Shown one piece after another: positions 55,361 to 64,000 of a stretch of 64,000 nt of DNA. The DNA lies in the NCBI GenBank assembly GCA_018400535.1, contig JAGYMQ010000145.1, positions 10,864 through 74,863 of the forward strand, read 5' to 3'. This DNA is from Candidatus Cloacimonadota bacterium. GTDB taxonomy: Bacteria > Cloacimonadota > Cloacimonadia > Cloacimonadales > TCS61. Both the position numbers and the translations under genes were made by a program. The notes beneath the pieces were generated by a model that was not told the DNA's origin, ran no database searches, and saw nothing but the letters and a program-made list of their open reading frames with translations. Within the stretch, counting starts at the first letter, position 1; the number at the start of each line of letters is the position of its first letter.

Positions 55361-55391
55361 CATTTTCTCACATTTTCTCAGAAAATTCTCA
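55361..55391 (+). promoter_or_regulatory. second phased repeat array (3 x CTCA on the plus strand), inverted relative to the mraZ-proximal array
   Basis: cattttctca (55361-55370), cattttctca (55371-55380), gaaaattctca (55381-55391). CTCA occurs at 55367, 55377 and 55388, with spacings of 10 and 11 bp. The unit is the same (TGAGAAAAT in reverse complement) as in the 55068-55123 array. Confidence 0.5.
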
Positions 55392-55807
55392 TATTTTTTT
55401 TGTTACTTTTTTTTAGCAGATCACTTTTCTTGAAGAACAGTTTAATATTTCGGCATAATTGCACTTTTTCTCCGGAAGAATCTAATGAAATTCTTTCAGC
55501 TATTCTTATTCCGAAAGTAAAGCTACTCGACGTCGCATTCAGTAAAAAAATATACGAGAAGAATAAGAAATATGAGCACGAGATTCTTCGATAGTAAAGA
55601 TGAAAGATTTTTCAGAACGAAATTTTTTTATAATGCCGAACTCATTGAAAAATTAATTTCTCTTTTATTTTCAAATTTTCTTATCTTATTCAATTTTGTC
55701 TAAAAAAATTATTCTGTGAGCAAAGTAAGATGATTTTTTCGCATTTTTTCTTTACTTATATAACAATATTAATTTTTTGAATCCTATTAAATATTTCAGG
55801 AGGAACT

Positions 55808-56038
55808 ATGTTAGATAAAGAAAAGATACAGGAAGTATTGGATAAGGTTCGTCCTTCATTGCAAGCGGATGGAGGCGATTGTGAATTGGTCAATGTGCGA
55901 GAAGATGGCGTGGTCGAAGTTCGTTTGCAAGGAGCGTGCGGCAATTGTCCAATGGCAACTCTAACTTTGAAAGCTGGAATAGAGCGCGTTCTGAAAGAAG
56001 AAATTCCTGAAGTGAAAGAAGTTATCTCTGTAAATTAG
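55808..56038 (+). CDS. NifU-like (Nfu C-terminal domain) Fe-S cluster scaffold/carrier protein
   Basis: 76 aa: [46 protein letters not shown], with the CxxC motif. AGGAGGA sits 5 nt upstream of the ATG. Confidence 0.9.
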   Translation: MLDKEKIQEVLDKVRPSLQADGGDCELVNVREDGVVEVRLQGACGNCPMATLTLKAGIERVLKEEIPEVKEVISVN

Positions 56039-56044
56039 GAAGAT

Positions 56045-56455
56045 GTGATGAAGATCAAACATTATCAACAATATCCCTTGGAAAAGGTTACAATGGAAGG
56101 TGCACGCAAAGCCTATATTCGATGGTTGGTTTCAGAAAAAGATGGAGCTCCCAATTTTGCGATGCGTCTATTTGAAGTGGAACCTGGTGGTTTCACGCCT
56201 TTCCATTCCCATAGTTGGGAACATGAAAATTTCATCGTCGAAGGTGAAGGTGCATTAGTAACTGAAGATGAAGAAATCCCTTTCAAGCCTGGCGATGTGA
56301 TCTACGTTCCACCGTTTATGAAACATAATTATAAAAATACGGGTGAGTCCACACTCAAATTTTTGTGTATGATTCCACATAACAAGAAAGAAGAAAAAAA
56401 AGATACGAAAAAGAAGATAAATCCCTTTGCGTCTGGAAAAGCGAATAATTGTTAA
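56045..56455 (+). CDS. cupin-domain protein
   Basis: Cupin motifs G(X)5HxH: EPGGFTPFHSHSWEHENFIVEG, and PGDVIYVPPFMKHNYKN. Confidence 0.8.
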   Translation: MMKIKHYQQYPLEKVTMEGARKAYIRWLVSEKDGAPNFAMRLFEVEPGGFTPFHSHSWEHENFIVEGEGALVTEDEEIPFKPGDVIYVPPFMKHNYKNTGESTLKFLCMIPHNKKEEKKDTKKKINPFASGKANNC

Positions 56456-56466
56456 AGGAGTAGATA

Positions 56467-57525
56467 ATGGATTTGAAATTTTTTGAAGATTTAGTTTTAG
56501 CCCCCAGCCCTTCTGGTTTTGAACAGCCAGCTCAAGATGTCTATCGTCGATATGTGGAAAAATATGCAGATGAGATCAAAACAGATATTCACGGAAACGT
56601 GATCGCAAAGAAAAATGGAACAGGAAATTTGCGTTTTATGGTCGTCGGCCATGCTGATGAAATTGGCTTGATGGTAAATTATATCGATGATAATGGATTC
56701 ATTCGGTTTGTGCCGATCGGTGGCGTTGATACCAGCATTTTACCAGGATTACGAGTGCAGATCTATCATGAGAAAAAAGTCATCAAAGGTGTGATCGGAA
56801 AAAAACCGATCCATCTTCTGAAACCTGAAGAAAGAAAAAATGCAGCAAAATTGGAAGATCTCTGGATCGATATCGGTGCTAGAGATAAAAAAGATGCAGA
56901 AAAAAAAGTAAGCATCGGTGATCCTATCACATTTATGCCAGGATTGGATATTTTGAACGAAGATATTATCACGACAAAAGCAACTGATAATAAGGCTGGT
57001 GTCTATATTGCTGGACTTCTATTGAAAGAACTACACAAAAAGAAAATCGAAGCGAATATTTTTGCTGTTTCTTCGGTGCAAGAAGAAATTGGTTTACGCG
57101 GAGCAACAACCAGCTCCTTTGGAATCGATCCCCACGTGGCTATTGCAATTGATGTTACCCACGCCATCGATTATCCAGGACTCAGCAAAGAACAGCTGGG
57201 AGAAACAAATCTGGCAAAAGGTCCGACGATCACGGTCGGTGCTAATATCAATCCACAAGTTTTTAAATTGATGAAAAAGGCAGCTGAACAAGCAAAGATC
57301 GATTATCAGATCCAAGCAGCACCACGTGGAACAGGAACAGATGCAAATGCAATTCAACTAACTCGTTCTGGCGTGGCAACAGGTTTGATCAGCATTCCGA
57401 ATCGTTATATGCACACACCAAGTGAAATTATCTCTACAAAAGATCTGGATAGCAGCGTGAAACTTTTATTGGAATTTGTGAAATTGCTTAGTTCCGAAAT
57501 TGATTTTGTTCCAAATAACAAATAA
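56467..57525 (+). CDS. M42 family metallopeptidase (glutamyl aminopeptidase / FrvX-like)
   Basis: APSPSGFEQ, VVGHADEIGLMV, FVPIGG, DNKAGV, QEEIGLRGA, HTPSE. Confidence 0.88.
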   Translation: MDLKFFEDLVLAPSPSGFEQPAQDVYRRYVEKYADEIKTDIHGNVIAKKNGTGNLRFMVVGHADEIGLMVNYIDDNGFIRFVPIGGVDTSILPGLRVQIYHEKKVIKGVIGKKPIHLLKPEERKNAAKLEDLWIDIGARDKKDAEKKVSIGDPITFMPGLDILNEDIITTKATDNKAGVYIAGLLLKELHKKKIEANIFAVSSVQEEIGLRGATTSSFGIDPHVAIAIDVTHAIDYPGLSKEQLGETNLAKGPTITVGANINPQVFKLMKKAAEQAKIDYQIQAAPRGTGTDANAIQLTRSGVATGLISIPNRYMHTPSEIISTKDLDSSVKLLLEFVKLLSSEIDFVPNNK

Positions 57526-57558
57526 TTCTGCTAATGTTTGGTAATTGATCTGGAATAA

Positions 57559-58311
57559 ATGTGCGGGGGGAAATTAGTGATCGAAGTAAGAAATCTAACA
57601 AAACAATTTATGCAGAATGATGATACTTCTCTTTTGGCCGTGAATGATCTTTCCTTTTCTGCTGATAAAGGCGAGATCGTTGTTTTGCTCGGAGTGAACG
57701 GTGCTGGGAAAACCACAACGATGCGAATGCTATCGACTGTCTTGCAACCATCCAGCGGAACAGCCAGATTAGAAGGCTTTGATATCCAGAAAGAACCGCA
57801 GAAAGTTAGAGCAAATCTTGGTTTCCTCTCTGGAGATACAGGACTTTATAACCGTCTAACAGCACGCGAAGTGATAACATATTTCGCCAGATTGTATGAT
57901 ATAACTGACAACGTTATTTATCAGCGTATAGAAGAATTATCTGCCTTACTGGATATGAATGATTTTCTGGATAAAAAAGTGGAATTCCTTTCCACAGGAA
58001 TGAAACAAAAAGTCTCGATCGCCCGCTCAATAATTCACGATCCGCCTGTCATGATCTTTGATGAACCAACCTCAGGCTTAGACATTTTGACTGCAAAAAA
58101 TATCATTTCTTTCATCAATCATTGCAAAGAAGAAAATAAATGTGTGCTCTTTTCCACGCACATTATGCGAGAAGCTGAACGCATCGCCGACAGGATCGTG
58201 ATGATCCATGAAGGCAAATTATTGGCAGAAGGCAGCTGGCAAGATTTCAAAGAAGATACTGGCTTAAACGACCTTGATGATATTTTTATTGAATTCGTAA
58301 ATCGGTCATAG
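57559..58311 (+). CDS. ABC transporter ATP-binding protein (ABC-2/NatA-like)
   Basis: Walker A GVNGAGKTTT, signature LSTGMKQKVSIA, Walker B VMIFDEPTSGLD. The true start is probably GTG 57577 (VIEVRNLTK), with a G-rich Shine-Dalgarno sequence 7 nt upstream. Confidence 0.9.
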   Translation: MCGGKLVIEVRNLTKQFMQNDDTSLLAVNDLSFSADKGEIVVLLGVNGAGKTTTMRMLSTVLQPSSGTARLEGFDIQKEPQKVRANLGFLSGDTGLYNRLTAREVITYFARLYDITDNVIYQRIEELSALLDMNDFLDKKVEFLSTGMKQKVSIARSIIHDPPVMIFDEPTSGLDILTAKNIISFINHCKEENKCVLFSTHIMREAERIADRIVMIHEGKLLAEGSWQDFKEDTGLNDLDDIFIEFVNRS

Positions 58312-58324
58312 CAGGAGATCAACG

Positions 58325-60334
58325 ATGAACCTGAAAAAAATCTTCATAATTTATAAGAAAGAACTTCTCGATCTTCTTCGTGATAAACGAACTGTTGTCA
58401 CTTCGATCATTCTCCCGATCGTTCTCTATCCTATGATCATGATCGGTTTCAGCTCGATGATGTCGCGTCAGGAAACGAAGCTGGAACAAAAAACGATGAC
58501 CGCTTATCTTCACGATACGATCAACGATGAAAATACTGCATCTTTCCGAGAAAGATTGGAAGCAGAAGAAACTTTGCAGATCATGAATCAAGTTCCCACT
58601 TTCAATCGTCAAACCTATCTTGAGCTGATCGAAGATAAATCCATTCAAACGCTGATAGAAATTCAAGATAGCATTTCCGATGCTGGATTTCAAATTTATC
58701 AAATCAAGATCAGCTATGATAAAACAAAAGAAGAAAGTGAATTGACCTATAAAAAGATAAAAGAGATCATAAACAAGATCGAAGATGAGTTTGTGGAAAA
58801 AAGGTTGGCTAAGATCCAGGTTCAAAAAGAAATTTTAAATGCTGTTGACCTGAAAGAAGAAAATATCGCACCGCCTGAACAAATGCTCGGTTTTGCGCTG
58901 GGAAAATTTCTGCCCTACCTTTTGATCATCATCACTATCAGCAGTGCTTCTGTCGCTTCGACTGATCTAGTCGCCGGCGAAAAAGAACGCGGAACTCTGG
59001 AAACGATCCTCGTGAGTGCTGCCCGAAGATCAGAATTGGTCGTGGGAAAATATCTCACGATTATCACGATCTCAATTATCACCGTTTTGCTGAATCTTTT
59101 TAGTATGTATATTTCTTTCCAACATATTATAAAACAGGCTGGAGTGGATACTGGTGGTTTCCAATTACCTCTGGCAAATTTTGCTCTCATTTTGATCATC
59201 ATGTTACCGCTGCTGACTTTTTTCTCCGCAATTTTGCTCTCTCTTTCCACCTATTCTCGCAACGCAAAAGAAGCACACAGCTATCAAACGCCGTTGATGT
59301 TTGCGGCGATCATGCTTTCGATGGTCAGTTTCCTGCCAGGATTTGAACTGAATCTGGGATTTGCTTTGATCCCAATCGTAAATTATTCTCTGCTCATTCG
59401 TGATATAATGCTGAATAATTTTAATACGATGCTTTTGTTTGTTGTTGTGGGATGGACATTGCTTTTCGATTTTTTTGCCGTGAAACTTTCGATCTATCTA
59501 TTTAATAATGAATCAATTCTTTTCCGAAAAAATGATCAATCACTCAAGTTTTGGGGAAAAAATAAGAAAAAGAATATTTTATCACCTCAATTTGCCATAA
59601 TCTTTTTTATTCTCATTATTCTCGCCCTTTATTATCTCGGTGGAAGCTGGCAAATGAAAGATTTGATGTCAGGCTTGATAAAAACGCAGCTGATCATTTT
59701 TCTCTTGCCAGTTCTGTTGCTTTTACGTTTTGGAAAATTGGATACGAAAAAAGTTTTACAATTACAAAAAACACGGCCTCTAAATTTCCTTTTGGTTTTG
59801 ATCTCTGCTCTACCATTGATAATCTTGGCGGCAATCCTGGGACAGATCATCAATCTTTTTTATCCCGTTTCAGAATCCTATCTCAAAGCGATGGAAGAAT
59901 TAGTAAATAGCGATATTTCTCTTTTGTCAAATATCTTTATCGTAGCGGTTTTACCTGGAATTTGCGAGGAGATTTTTAGTCGTGGTTATTTACTAAAAGC
60001 CTTTTTGTCCAAAGGAAAATGGAATGCGATCATTATATCTGGAATCTTGTTTGGAGTTATGCATCTTGATATTTTTGGTTTGATCCCAAAATCCTTGTTA
60101 GGAATTTGGTTAGGATATCTTTTTGTCAGGACTGGTAGTATATTCATTCCAATGTTTGCTCATTTTTTGAATAACGCTTTTGCCATTCTGATCTCAAGAT
60201 TCGGAGATCAAATTCCAATTATAACAAATTATATCGAAGATGGGATTTTTCCTTATTGGATGATCATACCGACGATCGCTGTTCTTTATTTTATTATCAA
60301 TGCTTTTGAAAATTTTAACTTTAGGAGGGAATAA
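58325..60334 (+). CDS. ABC-2 type permease (NatB-like) fused to a CPBP/CAAX-type intramembrane protease domain
   Basis: 669 aa. The N-terminal ~400 aa have one TM helix, a large loop, then about 5 TM helices (ABC-2 pattern). The C-terminal ~230 aa carry CPBP motifs EExxxR (CEEIFSRGY), FxxxH (FGVMHL) and HxxxN (HFLNNA). Confidence 0.75.
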   Translation: MNLKKIFIIYKKELLDLLRDKRTVVTSIILPIVLYPMIMIGFSSMMSRQETKLEQKTMTAYLHDTINDENTASFRERLEAEETLQIMNQVPTFNRQTYLELIEDKSIQTLIEIQDSISDAGFQIYQIKISYDKTKEESELTYKKIKEIINKIEDEFVEKRLAKIQVQKEILNAVDLKEENIAPPEQMLGFALGKFLPYLLIIITISSASVASTDLVAGEKERGTLETILVSAARRSELVVGKYLTIITISIITVLLNLFSMYISFQHIIKQAGVDTGGFQLPLANFALILIIMLPLLTFFSAILLSLSTYSRNAKEAHSYQTPLMFAAIMLSMVSFLPGFELNLGFALIPIVNYSLLIRDIMLNNFNTMLLFVVVGWTLLFDFFAVKLSIYLFNNESILFRKNDQSLKFWGKNKKKNILSPQFAIIFFILIILALYYLGGSWQMKDLMSGLIKTQLIIFLLPVLLLLRFGKLDTKKVLQLQKTRPLNFLLVLISALPLIILAAILGQIINLFYPVSESYLKAMEELVNSDISLLSNIFIVAVLPGICEEIFSRGYLLKAFLSKGKWNAIIISGILFGVMHLDIFGLIPKSLLGIWLGYLFVRTGSIFIPMFAHFLNNAFAILISRFGDQIPIITNYIEDGIFPYWMIIPTIAVLYFIINAFENFNFRRE

Positions 60335-62173
60335 ATGTGTGGAATAGTTGGCTATATTGGAAACAGGAATGCAACTCCGATCATTGTTGAAGGTATCAAG
60401 CGCTTAGAATATCGAGGCTATGATAGTTCTGGCCTCGCTTTGATCAACGATGACAGTGAATTGAAGATATTTAAGAAATCTGGCAAGATCATTGAATTAG
60501 AAAGATCTTTGCCCGCTCCCAGGGAAATCAGTGGAAAGGTGGGAATTGCTCACACAAGATGGGCAACTCACGGAGAACCAAATACGGTGAATGCCCATCC
60601 TCACTCTGATTGCCACAAAAATCTGGCAATTGTGCACAACGGTATCATCGAAAATTATGAACTTCTGCGTAAAAAATTGGAAAAAGAAGGTCACAAATTT
60701 GTAACCGATACTGATACTGAAGTTCTAGCTCATCTCATCGAACAATTCAATGGAGAAGACCACGATTTGACGATTGCCATTCAGAAAGCATTAAAACTGG
60801 TCGAAGGAACCTATGGCATCGCTGTCATACATAAAAATGATCCACAGAAGATCGTGGCAGCTCGGAGAGGTAGTCCATTAATTTTAGGAATTGGGCATGA
60901 TGAATTTTTTGTCACATCCGACGTGAATGCGATCATCATTCATACTAAGAAAGTTATCTATCTGAATGATAACGAAATTGTGACGATCTCGCCTGATGAT
61001 TTTACGATCACAACAATCAATAATGAACTGGTCGAAGCTGAAATATCCGAAGTAGATTGGGATGTTTCTGCGATCGACAAAGGTGATTTCAAACATTTTA
61101 TGCTGAAAGAGATCTTTGAACAACCAACTTCTGTGCAAAATGCCTTTCGTGGAAGACTGGTAGATAAGCTGGCAACTGTTCGTCTTGGTGGTCTTGCTAT
61201 GCATAATTCTGATCTCAGGCGCATAAAAAACATTCATTTGATCGCCTGCGGAACTTCCTGGCACGCCGGTTTGATCGGTGAGCATATCATCGAAAATCTG
61301 GCAAGAATTCCTGTCGATGTTGAATACGCGAGTGAATATCGCTATCGCAATCCTATTATTCCAGATGACACATTGGTTTTCGTGATCAGTCAATCGGGGG
61401 AAACTGCTGATACTCTGGCTGCTTTGAATGAAGCACAGGCAAAAGGAGCACGTGTTCTGGGCATAACGAATACTGTCGGAAGCACGATAGCACGTGAATC
61501 AGATGGTGGCGTTTATATCCATGCTGGAGCAGAGATCGGCGTGGCTTCCACAAAAGCATTTACATCTCAGATCACGATATTGATGCTGTTAGGTGTATTA
61601 ATGGGAAGGATGAGAAATCTTCCGCCTACTTTTGGCAAAGCTTTCATCAAAGAATTGCGGATGATACCCGAAAAGATAGAAACAATTTTGAGTCAAAATG
61701 ATAGGATCAGAGAGATCGCAGCAACGATCGCAGAAGCTTGTAATGCGCTTTATCTGGGACGCGGCGTGAATTATCCCGTTGCTCTGGAAGGTGCATTAAA
61801 ATTAAAGGAAATATCCTATATCCATGCAGAAGGCTACCCAGCTGCAGAAATGAAACACGGACCCATCGCCCTCATCGATGAAAATATGCCTGTCATCGCT
61901 ATTGCGCAGGATGATGCGATCTATGAGAAAATTTATTCTAATTTGCAGGAAGTGATTGCACGCAAAGGAAGATTGATCTCGATCGCCACAGAAGGTGATG
62001 ATAAGATAAAAAATATTTCCGAAAATGTGATTTACGTGCCAAAAACCATCCACACTCTGCAGCCGCTGCTTTCTGTTATTCCCCTACAATTGCTGGCATA
62101 TCACGTGGCAGATCTCAAAGGTCTGGATGTTGATCAACCGCGCAATCTGGCGAAAAGTGTGACTGTCGAATAA
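60335..62173 (+). CDS. glmS: glutamine--fructose-6-phosphate aminotransferase
   Basis: MCGIVGYIG (N-terminal catalytic Cys), two SIS domains (SQSGETADT) and a C-terminal ...LAKSVTVE. Confidence 0.97.
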   Translation: MCGIVGYIGNRNATPIIVEGIKRLEYRGYDSSGLALINDDSELKIFKKSGKIIELERSLPAPREISGKVGIAHTRWATHGEPNTVNAHPHSDCHKNLAIVHNGIIENYELLRKKLEKEGHKFVTDTDTEVLAHLIEQFNGEDHDLTIAIQKALKLVEGTYGIAVIHKNDPQKIVAARRGSPLILGIGHDEFFVTSDVNAIIIHTKKVIYLNDNEIVTISPDDFTITTINNELVEAEISEVDWDVSAIDKGDFKHFMLKEIFEQPTSVQNAFRGRLVDKLATVRLGGLAMHNSDLRRIKNIHLIACGTSWHAGLIGEHIIENLARIPVDVEYASEYRYRNPIIPDDTLVFVISQSGETADTLAALNEAQAKGARVLGITNTVGSTIARESDGGVYIHAGAEIGVASTKAFTSQITILMLLGVLMGRMRNLPPTFGKAFIKELRMIPEKIETILSQNDRIREIAATIAEACNALYLGRGVNYPVALEGALKLKEISYIHAEGYPAAEMKHGPIALIDENMPVIAIAQDDAIYEKIYSNLQEVIARKGRLISIATEGDDKIKNISENVIYVPKTIHTLQPLLSVIPLQLLAYHVADLKGLDVDQPRNLAKSVTVE

Positions 62174-62935
62174 ATGAATAAAGCAAATTCTCGAGATAAG
62201 ACATATACGGGAATTATTCTCAAAAAAATACCATTTAGAGAAACAAGCTTCATCTTAGATATTCTGATCAAAGAACTGGGAATCGTTAGCGTTATTGCAA
62301 AAGGTATTCGTAAAGAAAATAGTCAATCTCAGGGTATCATTGATCTTTTGAACGAATTGGACTTGGAACTTTACAAAAATCCAAATTCGGAGTGGTTCAT
62401 TCTGAAAAAAGCTGACTTCATCAAGTCTCATCTTTATCAAATGGATTTTCAAACGACCATTTTGATGCAGTCTGCAGTCGAGATCTATCGCCAGCTCATC
62501 ATCGATCAAACAGAAGCTTCATTACTATATACACTTCTTATCCGCTATCTAACATATTTGGAAGCGAAACCAACGAACGCTATTGCCATTTTTTGGCGTT
62601 TTTTATTACGGTTGTTCAAAATAGTCGGCATTGAATTCCAGCTCAAACATTGTGTGATCTGCGATCGAGAAAAATCATTTTTTGCTTATTATCCTATCAA
62701 ACATGGTTTTATCTGTAAAGATTGTTATAGAATTGCTATGCAGGAACAGGTCATTGAACTGAGCGAAAATGTTCCTGAAATTCTGAATAAATTGGAAAAT
62801 ATTGGAAATTACCTGAAAAAAATCTCAATTTCAGAATCATCCCAAAAACAACTGAATAGGATTTTCCTTTTGCATTTATCTGAACATTTTCATAAAAAAT
62901 TTCTTTTGAAAAGTCTGAAAATGTTGTATCTATAA
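62174..62935 (+). CDS. recO: DNA repair protein RecO
   Basis: OB-fold N-terminus GIILKKIPFRETSFILDILIKELGIVSVIAKGIRK and a zinc motif CVICDRE...CKDCY. Confidence 0.85.
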   Translation: MNKANSRDKTYTGIILKKIPFRETSFILDILIKELGIVSVIAKGIRKENSQSQGIIDLLNELDLELYKNPNSEWFILKKADFIKSHLYQMDFQTTILMQSAVEIYRQLIIDQTEASLLYTLLIRYLTYLEAKPTNAIAIFWRFLLRLFKIVGIEFQLKHCVICDREKSFFAYYPIKHGFICKDCYRIAMQEQVIELSENVPEILNKLENIGNYLKKISISESSQKQLNRIFLLHLSEHFHKKFLLKSLKMLYL

Positions 62936-62963
62936 CTAGCTTCTATCACTTAAAATAAAAAAA

Positions 62964-62996
62964 CTTCCGAAGCTGATTTGCTCCGGAAGCCTTTTT
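62964..62996. terminator. Rho-independent terminator between convergent recO and the T9SS-CTD gene
   Basis: Stem cttccgaagc (62964-62973) pairs with gctccggaag (62980-62989) with one mismatch and a 6-nt loop. A T-run follows at 62992-62996, and an A-run precedes the stem, so it could serve the opposite strand as well. Confidence 0.7.
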
Positions 62997-63012
62997 AATC
63001 TTGGTGTAGGAA

Positions 63013-64000
63013 TTATTTCAGCAATAACATTCGTTTACTATCAACTGATCTTCCATCGATATTCAAATGATAAAAATAAACTCCGGAAGTAACCTGTTTT
63101 CCATCATTATCAGTTCCATTCCAAACAACAGAATTTCTTCCCGAACTCAAATTATCTGCTGCAATTGATCTCACTAATTGTCCTTTCAAGTTATAGATGT
63201 TGATGTTGGTCGGTGCTGAGCTTTTTGTTACATTGAAAAAGATCGTTGTCGTGGGATTGAATGGATTGGGAGTATTCTGGATCAATGCGGTTTGATAGAT
63301 AGGCATATCATTCTGTGCAGAAATGATTTCCACCGTAATTTCATTGGAAGGATCAGCAGGATAATCATCATAATAGATTGCAACCACGTAGTAAATGTGA
63401 GTTCCGCCTGGAACATTTTGATCGATATAAAAATCGTTGCCACCGCTGATCGTTGAGAGCAGTTCGTCATCACGATAGATTTCATAATTAGTGATCGAAG
63501 CCATTGTTTGCGGATGATTCCATTCCAGAACGACATTACTGCCAGCGATGCTATAATCAAGATCGGTAGCAGGCAAATAGAGATTTTGTAGATCAATATC
63601 AACTTCTGTGGTCTGATCTTCGATGATCGCTACATCTTCCATTGTGTAAGGTTCAAAGCCTGAGACATCGAGAGAAATATCATAAGTTCCCACATCGAGT
63701 TGCATGGAAAATTCGCCCATATCATTCGTTGTGATAGTGATATCTCCGACAGTGAGTTCAACATTTGCGATAGGAGTTCCAGAATCAAGATCGGCAACAA
63801 CACCTGCGAGAATTCCCATTGGTTGTGGTGTCAGATCTCCCGTGTATTTATAAACTCCGCTCAAAGCAGGATTGGAAATATCGTTGAAACATCCTGCCCA
63901 GCCAGTCGTTGAATTAATCCAGGTCGTGGCAAGAAATTGCACACCAGTTGTTTGATCGAAAACAGTCCAGTTATGTCCACCATCATGACTGTATGATGCA
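63013..64000 (-). CDS. secreted multidomain protein with T9SS/FlgD-Ig-like C-terminal sorting domain (5' end outside window)
   Basis: The C-terminal ~85 aa are NTPNPFNPTTTIFFNV...INIYNLKGQLVRSI...VVWNGTDNDGKQVTSGVYFYHLNI. There is an upstream CarboxypepD_reg-like segment (GVVADLDSGTPIANVELTV) and an Fn3-like segment. The reading frame stays open past the GTG at 63942 to the window edge and there encodes SHDGGHNWTV, an Asp-box/BNR-like motif. Confidence 0.75.
   Translation of the reverse strand, partial: ASYSHDGGHNWTVFDQTTGVQFLATTWINSTTGWAGCFNDISNPALSGVYKYTGDLTPQPMGILAGVVADLDSGTPIANVELTVGDITITTNDMGEFSMQLDVGTYDISLDVSGFEPYTMEDVAIIEDQTTEVDIDLQNLYLPATDLDYSIAGSNVVLEWNHPQTMASITNYEIYRDDELLSTISGGNDFYIDQNVPGGTHIYYVVAIYYDDYPADPSNEITVEIISAQNDMPIYQTALIQNTPNPFNPTTTIFFNVTKSSAPTNINIYNLKGQLVRSIAADNLSSGRNSVVWNGTDNDGKQVTSGVYFYHLNIDGRSVDSKRMLLLK

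Noticed and set aside
55061-55391. Possibility that the short periodic repeats are a CRISPR array or a minisatellite
   Set aside because: The units are only about 10 bp with no spacer-sized unique intervals, and no cas genes are in the window. The phasing matches the DNA helical repeat and the location is upstream of mraZ, so operator sites are a better explanation. No CRISPR array was seen anywhere in the window.
55301-55594. 97-aa plus-strand ORF in the mraZ-nifU intergenic region
   Set aside because: No Shine-Dalgarno sequence is present. The composition is low-complexity and F/L/I/K-rich, as expected from translating AT-rich DNA. It runs through the CTCA repeat array and overlaps the better-supported 40-codon ORF.
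60300-60340. glmS ribozyme/riboswitch upstream of glmS
   Set aside because: The glmS ATG (60335) immediately follows the TAA stop of the preceding permease gene, so there is no leader region to hold a ribozyme.

Overview
This 64-kb window is a low-GC chromosomal segment from a diderm bacterium. Outer-membrane beta-barrel proteins and a T9SS/FlgD-Ig-like C-terminal sorting domain suggest an FCB-group or Cloacimonadota-like lineage, but that placement is only a guess. All calls come from reading the ORF translations and DNA by eye, with no database search.

Most of the window is housekeeping:
- tsaD (partial), panC-panD, and hup-dnaN-recF.
- ddl followed by a secreted-protein/FecR/outer-membrane/CHASE2-cyclase operon.
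- Two tandem paralogous receiver + PPDK-type ATP-grasp proteins of about 990 aa each.
- A nifU/cupin/M42 peptidase/ABC/glmS/recO block.
- A nearly gap-free 27-kb minus-strand dcw (division/cell wall) array: mraZ-rsmH-ftsL-ftsI-murE/F(fused)-mraY-murD-ftsW-murG-[insert]-murC-murB-ftsQ-ftsA-ftsZ-GNAT-hyp-FKBP.

The main finding is a 9.0-kb, five-gene, AT-rich cassette at 34795-43778, spliced with 0-3 nt junctions between murG and murC. It encodes:
- a DprA/SLOG-like protein;
- a PglX/MmeI-like N6-adenine methyltransferase of 1145 aa with no nuclease domain;
- an AbiEi-like/AbiEii-like pair;
- a PLD-nuclease/SNF2-helicase fusion of 1049 aa.

This gene set does not match canonical Type I/II/III R-M, BREX or DISARM. 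It looks like an undescribed methylation-linked defence module co-transcribed with essential cell-wall genes.

Secondary observations:
- helically phased TGAG/CTCA repeat arrays upstream of mraZ, likely MraZ operators;
- a sharp GC mosaic inside the methyltransferase that coincides with the start of its specificity domain;
- a murE-murF fusion;
- PASTA repeats on FtsI;
- an ABC-2/CPBP protease fusion.
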